A DNA stretch of 64,000 nucleotides from Candidatus Gottesmanbacteria bacterium. Lineage in GTDB: Bacteria; Patescibacteriota; Microgenomatia; UBA10105; UBA927. The translations under genes and the position numbers were made by a program. Positions 25,475 to 36,067 of the stretch are shown piece after piece; the stretch's first letter is position 1; every line of letters starts with the position of its first letter. The notes under the pieces were generated by a model. That model was given only the letters and a program-made list of their open reading frames with translations, was not told the origin of the DNA and ran no database searches. The stretch lies in assembly GCA_963711735.1 (NCBI GenBank), contig CAVQFA010000003.1:470966-534965 (forward strand), given 5' to 3'.

Positions 25475-26232
25475 GGGAACGATTACGGTTGGCAATATTT
25501 ATTTCCGGAGGTGGTTCTACGATGGATGCAATCGTGAGGGCAACGCAGCAGGATGGGCAGTTGAATAATCGTATAGAACCGGTCGTTGTTATTTCAAATA
25601 AACCGGATGCTTCCGGGATCTCCAAAGCACAAGCATTAGATATTCCGGTAAGGGTAGTTGACAGGAAAGATTTTGAGAAAGGTGAAAAAGGACTCGAACA
25701 ATTCGGATGGGCGATTCTGGCGTTTTTGAGGGAATTCTCCGCAGATTTTATAAGTCAAAACAGCTGGTTGGCGCTTACTCCCGCCAACGTGATTCAGGAG
25801 TATGAAGGAAAAATTTTTAACCAGCATCCCGGGCCATTGGATCCTGATCATAAAGGTTCTGACGGTTTGCCTTTACATTTCGGAGGTAAGGGCATGCATG
25901 GGTTGGCTGTGCATGCGGCTGTTTTGGAATTTCAGCGCATAAGTTCAAGAAGTTTTCCTGCGGAAGCTACAATTCATCGGGTTAATCCGGTTGTTGATGA
26001 AGGAGTTGTGGTGGCCCGAAACCAGGTAAAAGTTTTTTCCGGTGATTCACCGGAGAGTTTGGCAAGACGGGTATTACCCTATGAACACGAGCTGCAGATT
26101 GAATTTTGGAAAGGGGTATCAGACGGCGTAGGTACTGAATATCACCGTCCGGAACATCTTATTCATGAACACGAAGAAAATTTTCTTAAACAGGCAATAA
26201 TTTACGCCAGAAGTGCGTACCCAAACGGATAG
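25471..26232 (+). CDS. purN: phosphoribosylglycinamide formyltransferase (long form with C-terminal extension)
   Basis: LAIFISGGGSTMDAIV N-terminus and formyl-transferase fold. 4-nt overlap with purF. Confidence 0.8.
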   Translation: MRERLRLAIFISGGGSTMDAIVRATQQDGQLNNRIEPVVVISNKPDASGISKAQALDIPVRVVDRKDFEKGEKGLEQFGWAILAFLREFSADFISQNSWLALTPANVIQEYEGKIFNQHPGPLDPDHKGSDGLPLHFGGKGMHGLAVHAAVLEFQRISSRSFPAEATIHRVNPVVDEGVVVARNQVKVFSGDSPESLARRVLPYEHELQIEFWKGVSDGVGTEYHRPEHLIHEHEENFLKQAIIYARSAYPNG

Positions 26233-26242
26233 ATGATAATGT

Positions 26243-27811
26243 ATGAAAAAACAAAATAAGAAGATTAAATACGCCTTAATCAGTGTCTATGACAAATCCG
26301 GAATTATTGAACTGGCAAAAGGTATTGTTGCTGCAGGGTATCAAATCATATCAACCGGCGGTACATATAAATTTCTGTCTGAGGGCGGAATATCCGCAGT
26401 TCCCATAAAAGAAATTACGGGAAACCCGGAAGCTTTCGGCGGAAGAATGAAAACGATAAGTTTTCAGGTGGAAGGCGGAATCCTGTATAACCGTTCGAAT
26501 CCCGGTGACATACGTGAAGCGGAACATTTGCATGTACCCAGGATTGATATAGTTGTATGCAACCTTTATCCGTTTGCCAAAACCATAGAGAAAAAAGGTG
26601 TGACGCTTAGCGAGGCAGTTGAAAATATTGATGTCGGCGGACCGACAATGATACGGTCTGCTGCCAAAAATTTTGCACACGTTTTAGTGATAACGGATCC
26701 CGAAGATTACCGGCTTATTATAGATAAACTTGAGACAGGAGGATTGAACCGGGTATTTCGTCAGAAAATGGCTGCCAAAGCTTTCGGGCACCTGGCTTTC
26801 TATGACTCACAAATAAACGGATATTTAGGATCTGAAAAAAATTCTGATGAAATCACGCTGCCTCTGAAAAAAAGAACCGTTTTGCGATACGGAGATAATC
26901 CTGACCAGAAAGCCGGTATATATTTGATTCCGCATCAGAAATCATGGCTTTGGGATTTACAAAGATTATCCGGCAGAGAATTATCCGCAACAAATGTCAC
27001 GGATATTGATGCCGGGATCAGGGCAGTTCAGATATTTACCGAACCTGCGGCAGTAGTTGTCAAGCATAATAATCCCTGCGGTATGGCTCTCGGTAATTCA
27101 GATTCTGTTTCTCTTGTGAGGGCTCTTGAAGCAGATTCAGAGTCCGCCTTTGGCGGCGTGGTTGTTATGAATAAACCAATGAGTTTCAAATCAGCAGAGG
27201 AGTTAGCCCTATTTAAAGAGTCCGGAAAAGGCCAGATGGATATTATCGCGGTACCGGAAATACACCCTGAAGCACTCATATTGTTGCAGCAAGTCAGAAA
27301 AACCACGGGAGTGTATACATTCGGTCATATCCCGAAAGCCGATACCACCGGACAACTCATTCGCTTCATCGCCGGTGGTGCTGTTGTTCAGACGGTGAAT
27401 AATCCTGAGAGCAGTTTTCCCGATTGGGAAACGGTAACCGGGAGTAAACCTACAAAAAAACAAGTTGAACAGATGCATATTGCATGGAAATTTATATCCA
27501 GGATCCGCTCAAACACCGTTGCGGTTATAGACCAAACGCTCCCTATGACGCGCGGTATAGGAAGCGGACAGACTTCGCGGGTACTTGCAGTAAAAATAGC
27601 ATTGGAGCGGGCAGGAAAATATACAAAGAACGGAATTTTAGCCAGTGACAGCTTCTTTCCGTTTGATGACTCGGTGAAACTGGCTGTGAAGTATGGGATT
27701 GGAGCGATTGTCCAGCAGGGAGGATCAATCCGTGATGCGGATTCTATAAAGGCGGCCAATCGCGCCGGAATTCCGATGATATTTACACACCAAAGGGTAT
27801 TTTGGCACTGA
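26243..27811 (+). CDS. purH: bifunctional AICAR formyltransferase/IMP cyclohydrolase
   Basis: MGS-like N-terminal domain (ALISVYDKSGI) and AICARFT domain. Typical length of 522 aa. Confidence 0.9.
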   Translation: MKKQNKKIKYALISVYDKSGIIELAKGIVAAGYQIISTGGTYKFLSEGGISAVPIKEITGNPEAFGGRMKTISFQVEGGILYNRSNPGDIREAEHLHVPRIDIVVCNLYPFAKTIEKKGVTLSEAVENIDVGGPTMIRSAAKNFAHVLVITDPEDYRLIIDKLETGGLNRVFRQKMAAKAFGHLAFYDSQINGYLGSEKNSDEITLPLKKRTVLRYGDNPDQKAGIYLIPHQKSWLWDLQRLSGRELSATNVTDIDAGIRAVQIFTEPAAVVVKHNNPCGMALGNSDSVSLVRALEADSESAFGGVVVMNKPMSFKSAEELALFKESGKGQMDIIAVPEIHPEALILLQQVRKTTGVYTFGHIPKADTTGQLIRFIAGGAVVQTVNNPESSFPDWETVTGSKPTKKQVEQMHIAWKFISRIRSNTVAVIDQTLPMTRGIGSGQTSRVLAVKIALERAGKYTKNGILASDSFFPFDDSVKLAVKYGIGAIVQQGGSIRDADSIKAANRAGIPMIFTHQRVFWH

Positions 27812-27814
27812 TGT

Positions 27815-29074
27815 ATGAGTGCAGAACATAAAATATTGGTAATCGGTTCAGGTGGCAGGGAAGATGCAATCGGAAGGAAATTGATGCGTGAAGCAAGGCT
27901 TTTTTTTGCACCGGGAAACGGCGGGACGGCAGGCATCGGAAAGAATATTGATATTGGTGTAAATGATGTAGACAAGCTGTCCCGGTTTGCATCCGACAAC
28001 GTGATTGATTTAACCATAGTCGGACCGGAAGGACCATTATCAGAAGGAATCGTTGACGCGTTTGAGGAAGACGGTCTTGCTATCTTCGGTCCTTCAAAAG
28101 CTGCAGCCCGGCTCGAGTCAAGTAAACTCTGGAGTTCAAAGTTTATGGTAAGACACTCCATACCCTCTGCACAATTCCGGGAATTTCAAAATCCTGAAGA
28201 TGCGCTTCATTTTGTCAACCGGGTAGGATTTAAAAACACCGTCATTAAAGCCGACGGTTTATGTGCGGGCAAGGGTGTGGTTCTGCCGAATTCCACAGGG
28301 GAAGCAGAAACAGCAATACTGGGAATGTTGTCGGGTAAGGATTTTGGCACAGCCGGGAAAACAATTCTTATACAGGAGCGGTTAAAAGGCCCGGAAATAT
28401 CAGTAATGGCTATAAGCGACGGAAAAGTAGTTGTTCCCCTTCTGCCGGCGCGCGATCATAAGCGCGTCTTCGACGGGGATAAGGGACCCAATACCGGCGG
28501 AATGGGTGCGTACGCACCGGTGCCGGATGTAACGACCGGAATGCTGCAGGATATATATGAGCACATACTTCTTCCGACGGTATCAGGAATGTATGAAGAA
28601 GGAATACCGTATAAAGGGGTTTTGTATGCCGGGCTTATGCTTACAGCGGACGGTCCGAAAGTCCTTGAGTATAATTGCCGTCCCGGAGATCCGGAGACCC
28701 AGCCTCTCATGACCTTATTGCAGTCAGAATTGGCACCGGTTTTATTATCCTCGATTAAAGGAACATTGAAAAAATCACAGATCAAATTCAGGTCCGGTTA
28801 TTCTGTCTGTGTGGTTTTAACATCAGGCGGATATCCGGGTAGGTATGCATCCGGTGAGGTTGTTCACGGTGCAACCGGACAATATGAGAATACCGAAATA
28901 ATCCATGCCGGTACTTCTTACAGAGACGGATTGCTGGTTACATGCGGCGGAAGGGTATTAGGTGTGACGTCGTATGGTAAAACCCTAAAGGAAGCTGCCC
29001 GGAGAGCATATTCGGTAATCGGAACAAGCGTATATTTTAAAGGTATGCATTACCGGTCTGATATTGCCGCATAA
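27815..29074 (+). CDS. purD: phosphoribosylamine-glycine ligase
   Basis: KILVIGSGGREDAIG N-terminus and ATP-grasp fold. Confidence 0.9.
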   Translation: MSAEHKILVIGSGGREDAIGRKLMREARLFFAPGNGGTAGIGKNIDIGVNDVDKLSRFASDNVIDLTIVGPEGPLSEGIVDAFEEDGLAIFGPSKAAARLESSKLWSSKFMVRHSIPSAQFREFQNPEDALHFVNRVGFKNTVIKADGLCAGKGVVLPNSTGEAETAILGMLSGKDFGTAGKTILIQERLKGPEISVMAISDGKVVVPLLPARDHKRVFDGDKGPNTGGMGAYAPVPDVTTGMLQDIYEHILLPTVSGMYEEGIPYKGVLYAGLMLTADGPKVLEYNCRPGDPETQPLMTLLQSELAPVLLSSIKGTLKKSQIKFRSGYSVCVVLTSGGYPGRYASGEVVHGATGQYENTEIIHAGTSYRDGLLVTCGGRVLGVTSYGKTLKEAARRAYSVIGTSVYFKGMHYRSDIAA

Positions 29075-29076
29075 AT

Positions 29077-32043
29077 ATGACAAGGCGACTCTTTATTACG
29101 AGTAAAATTTCTGACAGCAGGGTAGGTCCTCTTAAACAAAAAATTATTGATATCGACGGAGATATCGGTCATTTAGAAATTGCAGTTGCGGATGTGTATA
29201 CCTTTACCAAAAAATTTACCCAAAAACAATGGCAGCGTGTGAGTTCCGTATTGGTAAATCCTGTTACGCAAACTGCAAATACGGATGTATTAAAAGAAGG
29301 TAAAATAATCGATTGGACTCTGGAGATAGGATTTTTACCCGGTGTTACCGATAACGTTGCCGCCACGGTAAGAGAAATGATCCGGGATCTGCTGAAAGTT
29401 AATTTTCTGCAAGACGAAAATATCTTTACCAGTACGCTTATGGTATTTTCCGGAAAAATCCGGAAAGGTGCGATTGAACGATTTGCAGACAGCCAATATA
29501 ATCCTTTGATCCAGTATGTCAGGGTGCTGCCATATGACGAGTTTAAAATCACCAAGCCATATGTGCCTAAAGTACATATTACCCAGTCTGTTAAAACAAA
29601 TACGGTTAACCTGAATGTCAGCAACGAAGAACTTATACAAATAGGTAAGGAAGGCATAAAAGGTGAAAACGGTGTTGCAAGGGGCCCGCTGGCATTGGAT
29701 CTTATATCATTCCGGGCAATCAGAGATTATTTCAGGAAACAGGGAAGGAATCCGACGGATATTGAACTGGAATCTATAGCCCAGACCTGGAGCGAACACT
29801 GCAAGCACACAATATTTTCCGATCCCATAGACAATTTGGATAACGGTCTTTTCCGTACGTATATTAAGCGTGCAACAGAAAAGATACGGAAAAGCTTGGG
29901 AAAGGATGACTTTTGTGTGAGCGTATTTACCGATAATTCCGGAGCGATACGATTTGACGGGAAATATCTCATCACGCACAAAGCAGAAACTCACAACAGC
30001 CCTTCAGCACTGGATCCTTTCGGAGGTGCGATTACCGGCATTGTTGGTGTTAACCGTGATGCGATAGGGTTTGGATTGGGAGCAAAACCAATAGCTAATA
30101 CGTACGGATATTGTGTTGCGGATCCCAATGACAGGGAACCACTTTATAAAGACAAAGACAGAAAAGTTAAGATGCTTTTCCCCCGGAGAATTCTGGACGG
30201 AATTGTTAAAGGAGTCAACTCAGGAGGCAACTGTTCCGGTATACCGACCATGTCGGGATTTGTTTACGTTGACGGGAGATATAAAGGTAAGCCGCTCGTT
30301 TTTGTAGGAACTGTAGGTCTTATACCCGGGAAGGTAAAAAACAGAAAAATGTACGAGAAACGTGCCCACCCGGGAGATCTTATCGTTATGGTCGGCGGAC
30401 GTGTCGGACTTGACGGTATACACGGTGCGACCTTTTCATCAGAGGCACTCTCCACAGGCAGTCCGTCGACTGCTGTCCAGATCGGAGACCCCATAACACA
30501 GAAAAAAATGAGTGATGCTCTTATCAAGGAAGCGAGAGATAAAGTTCTCTTTACCAGCATAACGGATAACGGTGCAGGCGGACTGTCCTGTTCGGTAGCT
30601 GAGATGGCTAAAGAGTCAGGCGGATGCTTGGTAAACCTGGATTTGGTTCCTCTCAAATATCCGGGATTAATGCCTTGGCAAATTTGGATATCAGAAAGTC
30701 AGGAGAGGATGACTCTCGCAGTTAACCCCCGAAAATGGAAAACGCTAAAAAAACTTCTGGATAAAAGGGCAGTTGAAGGGACAATTATAGGAAAATTCAA
30801 TAATTCCGGAAGATGCTCTGTGTTCTACCGGAAAAAGAAAATCATGGATGTAGACATGAAATTTCTTCATGACGGTCTTCCGAAACGCAGACAGAAATCC
30901 CGGTATATCAAAAGTGTTTTTACTGATCCTGCATTACCCGACGATCGTCACTTAACTCAGGTTTTCGAAAATATGCAAAAAAGATACAACGTGTCCGGTT
31001 ACGGATATATTTCCGGTCAATATGACCATGAAGTGCAGGGAACATCAGTGACCAAGCCATTACAGGGACGCGGAAGGGTGAATGCTGACGCGATAGTAGT
31101 CCGTCCGTTACCGGATGGTTTTCGGGGATTAGTATTAAGCCAGGCATTATATCCTTCATACAGCGAGATTGATCCGTATCGGATGGCTGCATGTTCAATC
31201 GATACGGCAATAAGAAACATTGTTTCTGCCGGAGGGGATCCTGCCCGGTGTGCGCTTCTCGATAATTTTTGCTGGTGCAGTTCGAGAGACCCGGTGAGAC
31301 TCTGGCAACTGAAAGAGTCCGCCAAAGCCTGCTTTGATACTGCTGTATGTTTCAGAACACCCTTTATATCCGGCAAAGACAGTATGTTTAATGATTTCCG
31401 TGGGTTTGATGAGTCAGGAAAAAGTGTAAACATATCTGTGCTTCCGTCGCTTCTGATTTCGTCGATATCTATAATTCCCGATATCCGTCATTCAGTGACG
31501 CTGGATTTTAAATTTCCCGGTGATCTTATCTATATCGTCGGATCCACTTTTGAAGAATTGGGAGGTTCAGAATATTATGCGTATTTGTCCGGTCAGCGGA
31601 AACGGTTCTCTCCGGGTACAAATGTACCCCGGGTGGATTGTCAGAAGAATATCAAAATTTATAATTCGGTTTTTACCGGAATCTGCAAAGATCTTATATC
31701 GTCCGCAACGAGTATCCATAGGGGCGGATTGGCATCATCCTTATGCAAATCCGCAATCGGAGGACATGTGGGATTTGAGGTAGACCTTAACAAACTCAAA
31801 GGCAAGTGTAAAAGAAATGACAGTTTACTTTTTTCAGAAACACAAGGCAGATTTCTCCTGTCAGTAAATCCGGCGAAAAAGCGAATGTTTGAAAAATTAT
31901 TTCATGACACGGATTATTCATTTGCAGGGCGGGTCAGGGAAGACACAAAGGGAATTATAAACGGTATTTCCGGGAAAACGATTATAAACACCGACGTCAG
32001 GCGATTAGAGAAGTTATATAAATCCAAATTCAATAATTTCTGA
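29077..32043 (+). CDS. purL: phosphoribosylformylglycinamidine synthase, large synthetase component with PurS-like N-terminal domain and no glutaminase domain
   Basis: 988 aa. AIR-synthase-related duplicated domains. The N-terminal roughly 170 aa resemble the N-terminal domain of large PurL. The glutaminase is encoded separately downstream. Confidence 0.8.
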   Translation: MTRRLFITSKISDSRVGPLKQKIIDIDGDIGHLEIAVADVYTFTKKFTQKQWQRVSSVLVNPVTQTANTDVLKEGKIIDWTLEIGFLPGVTDNVAATVREMIRDLLKVNFLQDENIFTSTLMVFSGKIRKGAIERFADSQYNPLIQYVRVLPYDEFKITKPYVPKVHITQSVKTNTVNLNVSNEELIQIGKEGIKGENGVARGPLALDLISFRAIRDYFRKQGRNPTDIELESIAQTWSEHCKHTIFSDPIDNLDNGLFRTYIKRATEKIRKSLGKDDFCVSVFTDNSGAIRFDGKYLITHKAETHNSPSALDPFGGAITGIVGVNRDAIGFGLGAKPIANTYGYCVADPNDREPLYKDKDRKVKMLFPRRILDGIVKGVNSGGNCSGIPTMSGFVYVDGRYKGKPLVFVGTVGLIPGKVKNRKMYEKRAHPGDLIVMVGGRVGLDGIHGATFSSEALSTGSPSTAVQIGDPITQKKMSDALIKEARDKVLFTSITDNGAGGLSCSVAEMAKESGGCLVNLDLVPLKYPGLMPWQIWISESQERMTLAVNPRKWKTLKKLLDKRAVEGTIIGKFNNSGRCSVFYRKKKIMDVDMKFLHDGLPKRRQKSRYIKSVFTDPALPDDRHLTQVFENMQKRYNVSGYGYISGQYDHEVQGTSVTKPLQGRGRVNADAIVVRPLPDGFRGLVLSQALYPSYSEIDPYRMAACSIDTAIRNIVSAGGDPARCALLDNFCWCSSRDPVRLWQLKESAKACFDTAVCFRTPFISGKDSMFNDFRGFDESGKSVNISVLPSLLISSISIIPDIRHSVTLDFKFPGDLIYIVGSTFEELGGSEYYAYLSGQRKRFSPGTNVPRVDCQKNIKIYNSVFTGICKDLISSATSIHRGGLASSLCKSAIGGHVGFEVDLNKLKGKCKRNDSLLFSETQGRFLLSVNPAKKRMFEKLFHDTDYSFAGRVREDTKGIINGISGKTIINTDVRRLEKLYKSKFNNF

Positions 32044-32044
32044 T

Positions 32045-32848
32045 ATGTCAGACAAACCAAAAGTTATCATTATCGGCGGATACGGATTCAACTGCGAAGA
32101 GGAAACAAAATTTGCATTTGATCTGGCAGGCGCCGCATCGGACATTGTGCATATAAATGATTTGATATCCGACCGGAAAATTCTCGGCAGGTACAGGATT
32201 TTGGTAATTCCCGGTGGATTTTCGTACGGTGATGATACCGGTTCCGGTAATGCCATGGCAATGAAGATGAGAAATCATCTGTCAGACGACCTCATGACAT
32301 TTATATCAAAGGACCGATTGGTTTTAGGGATCTGTAACGGTTTTCAGGTTCTCATCAACGCAGGACTGCTACCCGGTTTTAAAGGCCGAAACGGTGAAAG
32401 ATCAGCAGCTCTTGTTTCGAACAAGTCAAACAGATACATTGTCAGGTGGACGGATTTACAAATTTATGGCAAAAGTCCGTGGATTACAGGAATCAAAAGT
32501 ATATCTTTACCGATAGCACACGGCGAAGGACGTTTTATCGTTTCAGCTGATGTTATGACCAAGTTAAAGAAAAACAAGCAAATCACAATGAAATATGTGA
32601 AAGGGGAATACTGCAGATACTTTAATCTGCCTGCAAATCCCACCGGAACAACCGGGGGTATCGCGGCTGTCACTGACCAAACCGGACGGATACTGGGAAT
32701 GATGCCGCATCCTGAAAGGGCGGTATTTTTTACACATTTACCTGACTGGACGTACAGGAAAGAATTGTTATTACGAAACGGCGGAAAAATTCCGGTGTTT
32801 GGTCCCGGTATGAAAATTTTTACAAATGCGGTTGCATACTTTCATTAA
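32045..32848 (+). CDS. purQ: FGAM synthase glutaminase subunit (class I GATase)
   Basis: VIIIGGYGFNCEEE N-terminus and the LGICNGFQVL catalytic Cys. Confidence 0.85.
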   Translation: MSDKPKVIIIGGYGFNCEEETKFAFDLAGAASDIVHINDLISDRKILGRYRILVIPGGFSYGDDTGSGNAMAMKMRNHLSDDLMTFISKDRLVLGICNGFQVLINAGLLPGFKGRNGERSAALVSNKSNRYIVRWTDLQIYGKSPWITGIKSISLPIAHGEGRFIVSADVMTKLKKNKQITMKYVKGEYCRYFNLPANPTGTTGGIAAVTDQTGRILGMMPHPERAVFFTHLPDWTYRKELLLRNGGKIPVFGPGMKIFTNAVAYFH

Positions 32849-32858
32849 GGAGGCATGT

Positions 32859-34133
32859 ATGATTCATGTAATAGTCGGTGCACAGTGGGGTGATGAAGGC
32901 AAAGGCAAGATTGTGGATTATTTATCCCGGAAAGCAGACTGTGTCGTGCGTTTTCATGGTGGGAACAATGCAGGACACACGATAGTAAACAGTTTCGGCA
33001 AATTTCCCCTCCATTTGATCCCCGGAGGAATATTTCATACCCGATGCAGGATATTCATAACAGGAGGGACGATTCTGGATCTTGATGTGCTGACGGAAGA
33101 AATCAGAATGCTTTCGGAAGTTCTGCCTGATTTTATCGGAAGGGTTTTCATATCTCCCATGTGTCACCTCATCTTGCCGTATCATAAATTACTTGACACA
33201 CTCCTGGAGGAAGCGAAGGGCAAATTCAGAACCGGTACGACAGGCCGGGGAATAAGCCCTACGTATGCTGATAAGGTTTCCTATAACGGAATCAGACTTT
33301 TTGATTTATCAGACAAAAACGTGTTTCGGGAAAAACTGAAAATTCAGCTTATTGTGAAGAATAAAATCATCTCGTCATTAGGTCACGATCCGTTGGAGCT
33401 TGAGCCAATATATAAAAATACGTATAAAAAGTACCAATTAATCAAAAAAATGGTTAAAGATACGTTCAGGCCTTTACAGGAAAGCATACACAAGAATAAA
33501 TATATTCTTTTCGAAGGAGCACAGGGAATATTTCTTGATAACGACTGGGGTACGTATCCGTATGTGACTGCGTCAAATTGTATTTCCGGAAATATCCATG
33601 CGGGAGCCGGGGTTTATCCGGGACTTATAAACAGGGTAACGGGTATTTCTAAAGCCTATACGACCCGCGTGGGGGAAGGACCGTTTCCGACTGAACTGAC
33701 TGATCATATCGGAGATAATATCAGATCAGTCGGATCCGAATACGGTGCAACAACCGGACGACCCAGAAGATGCGGTTGGCTGGATCTGGTAATGCTCAAA
33801 TTTGCCTGCCGGTTAAACGGTTTTACGGATTTGGTCATCACTAAAATGGATGTTTTGGATAAATTTAAGGAAATAAAAGTCTGTATAGGTTATACATTAA
33901 ACGGAAAAAAAGTGGATTATTTCAATTGTGACGCCCAGATGCTGACGGGAGTCAAGCCTGTTTATAAAATTTTGAAAGGATGGAATAAAAACCTGAAATC
34001 AGCAGTGAAATATACGGACTTGCCAAAAGAAGCCATCAGATATATCAACGAAATTACACGGTATACCGGTGTTCCGGTATCAATTATTTCCGTCGGGCCC
34101 GAGAGAAACAAGACGATATCCGTAAACGGATAA
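32859..34133 (+). CDS. purA: adenylosuccinate synthetase
   Basis: MIHVIVGAQWGDEGKGK P-loop N-terminus. SD AAGGAGG 6 nt upstream of the ATG at 32859. Confidence 0.9.
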   Translation: MIHVIVGAQWGDEGKGKIVDYLSRKADCVVRFHGGNNAGHTIVNSFGKFPLHLIPGGIFHTRCRIFITGGTILDLDVLTEEIRMLSEVLPDFIGRVFISPMCHLILPYHKLLDTLLEEAKGKFRTGTTGRGISPTYADKVSYNGIRLFDLSDKNVFREKLKIQLIVKNKIISSLGHDPLELEPIYKNTYKKYQLIKKMVKDTFRPLQESIHKNKYILFEGAQGIFLDNDWGTYPYVTASNCISGNIHAGAGVYPGLINRVTGISKAYTTRVGEGPFPTELTDHIGDNIRSVGSEYGATTGRPRRCGWLDLVMLKFACRLNGFTDLVITKMDVLDKFKEIKVCIGYTLNGKKVDYFNCDAQMLTGVKPVYKILKGWNKNLKSAVKYTDLPKEAIRYINEITRYTGVPVSIISVGPERNKTISVNG

Positions 34134-34145
34134 ATAACAATAATT

Positions 34146-35543
34146 ATGGATTATTCTACATACAATTCTCCTTTATCATGGAGATACGGGTCATCACCGA
34201 TGAGACGGATATTCTCGGAAAAACACAAATATGAGTTATGGCGGAAAATCTGGGTGGCACTCGCGAAAGCCCATCATAAAGCCGGTCTGGTAAGCCAATC
34301 AGAGTTAAATGATCTTATAGGAAAAGAAAGCAATATAGATATAGAAAAAATTCTGGAAATCGAGAAACAGACCGGACATGATGTGGTTGCTGCAATCCGG
34401 GAATTCGCACTCACGGCAAAAAAAGGCGGAGGCAAGATACACCTGGGAGCAACCAGTATGGATATTGTGGATAACGCCGAATCGATACGCATAATCGAGG
34501 CTCTGGATCTCGTCCGATCGGCGTGTCTGGAATTACTGAAATTATTCTCAGCAAAAATTATCAAGTACAAAGACACGGTATGTCTCGGGTACACACATCT
34601 CCAGCCTGCGGAACCGACGACTGTCGGATACCGATTGGCTTTTTACGCTCAGGATCTGCTTATTGATTTCCGGATGCTTAGATATATAGAAAAACAAATT
34701 CAGGTAAAAGGATTCAAAGGTGCTGTGGGCACATCAGCAAGTTACGCAAAGCTATTGACAGGTTCGTCTATGACACCCTATACAATGGAAAAAATGGTGA
34801 CTGACGAGCTGGGAATTAAACCTTTTATTGTTACCTCGCAGGTCAGCAGCAGAAAAATTGATTATCTGGTATTAACACTTCTGTCATCAATCGGGTCAAC
34901 GCTGTCCAAATTTGCGGCAGATTTACGGATTCTGCAGTCTCCCATGTTCGGTGAATGGAGTGAACCTTTTGGCAGTTCACAGGTCGGATCATCTGCTATG
35001 CCGTATAAGAAAAATCCGGTTTCAGCTGAAAAAATCTGTTCACTTGCCAGATATCTTATCAGTTTGCCGGCTGTGGTTCTGGAAAATGCATCACTCTCGC
35101 ATCTTGAAAGGACACTTGATGATTCCGCAAACAGAAGAATAATCTTTCCCACTGCGTTTTTAACTTTGGATGAAATAGTTAGTACCGCTCAAAAAATCCT
35201 CAAAGGTCTTGTTGTAAATGAAAAAAGGATTACTCATAACCTCAATGTATACGCTCCGTTTTTGGCAACCGAAGCTGTACTTATGGAATCTGTAAAGAAA
35301 GGTGCTGACCGGCAGAAAATGCATGAGATTTTACGAAAATTATCATTAAAAGCCTGGGAAGAGGTCATCACCGGAAGACCAAATCCATTATTGGAATTGA
35401 TGAAGTCTGATTCACGAATTCTTCGGTATATTAAGAAAGAAAATATCAATAAAGTCGCAGACGTTTCGACTCATACCGGCGATGCCGGAAAAAGGGGAAT
35501 GACGTTAATTTCACAAATACAAAAGGAGGTTATCAGTGTATGA
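34146..35543 (+). CDS. purB: adenylosuccinate lyase
   Basis: Fumarate-lyase family signature region (SSAMPYKKNP). 465 aa. Confidence 0.85.
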   Translation: MDYSTYNSPLSWRYGSSPMRRIFSEKHKYELWRKIWVALAKAHHKAGLVSQSELNDLIGKESNIDIEKILEIEKQTGHDVVAAIREFALTAKKGGGKIHLGATSMDIVDNAESIRIIEALDLVRSACLELLKLFSAKIIKYKDTVCLGYTHLQPAEPTTVGYRLAFYAQDLLIDFRMLRYIEKQIQVKGFKGAVGTSASYAKLLTGSSMTPYTMEKMVTDELGIKPFIVTSQVSSRKIDYLVLTLLSSIGSTLSKFAADLRILQSPMFGEWSEPFGSSQVGSSAMPYKKNPVSAEKICSLARYLISLPAVVLENASLSHLERTLDDSANRRIIFPTAFLTLDEIVSTAQKILKGLVVNEKRITHNLNVYAPFLATEAVLMESVKKGADRQKMHEILRKLSLKAWEEVITGRPNPLLELMKSDSRILRYIKKENINKVADVSTHTGDAGKRGMTLISQIQKEVISV

Positions 35544-36064
35544 AAAAACCACTCGTTTCCGTCGTTATGGGAAGTGATTCTGATATTCCTGTCATGAAAG
35601 AAGCAATTGATGTTTTACATCAGTTTGAGATAAGCCATGAGATATTTATTCTGTCTGCCCACAGGTGTCCCGACCAGACTGCAGAATTTGCCAAAAGAGC
35701 CATCCAGAGAGGAATTAAAGTGATTATTGCCGGAGCCGGCGGGGCAGCACATCTTGCCGGAATAATAGCAGCCAACACTGCTCTTCCCGTTATCGGGATT
35801 CCGGTTTTATCAAAAAGCCTCAGCGGAATTGACTCTCTGTATTCTACGGTTCAGATGCCTCCCGGAGTACCGGTTGCGACCGTTGCAATAAACGGTGCAA
35901 AAAATGCAGGATTACTCGCCATACAAATATTGGCGTTAAGTATGCCAAAACTTCAGAAAAAATTTGCGAATTACAAAAAAGATCTTGGTAAATCAGTGAT
36001 TTCCAAATCTGAAGAGCTAACGCGTATCGGTTGGCAAAAATATCTCAAACAGAAAGGAATATAA
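35540..36064 (+). CDS. purE: 5-(carboxyamino)imidazole ribonucleotide mutase / AIR carboxylase catalytic subunit
   Basis: SVVMGSDSDIPVMKEA and AGGAAHLAG motifs. Confidence 0.9.
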   Translation: MKKPLVSVVMGSDSDIPVMKEAIDVLHQFEISHEIFILSAHRCPDQTAEFAKRAIQRGIKVIIAGAGGAAHLAGIIAANTALPVIGIPVLSKSLSGIDSLYSTVQMPPGVPVATVAINGAKNAGLLAIQILALSMPKLQKKFANYKKDLGKSVISKSEELTRIGWQKYLKQKGI

Positions 36065-36067
36065 AGT

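Noticed and set aside
27388-28161. 257-aa minus-strand ORF antisense to purH/purD
   Set aside because: It overlaps two well-supported purine genes on the other strand and has low-complexity Ser/Pro-rich composition typical of antisense translation.
29169-29657. 162-aa minus-strand ORF inside purL
   Set aside because: It is internal and antisense to a strongly supported 988-aa PurL.
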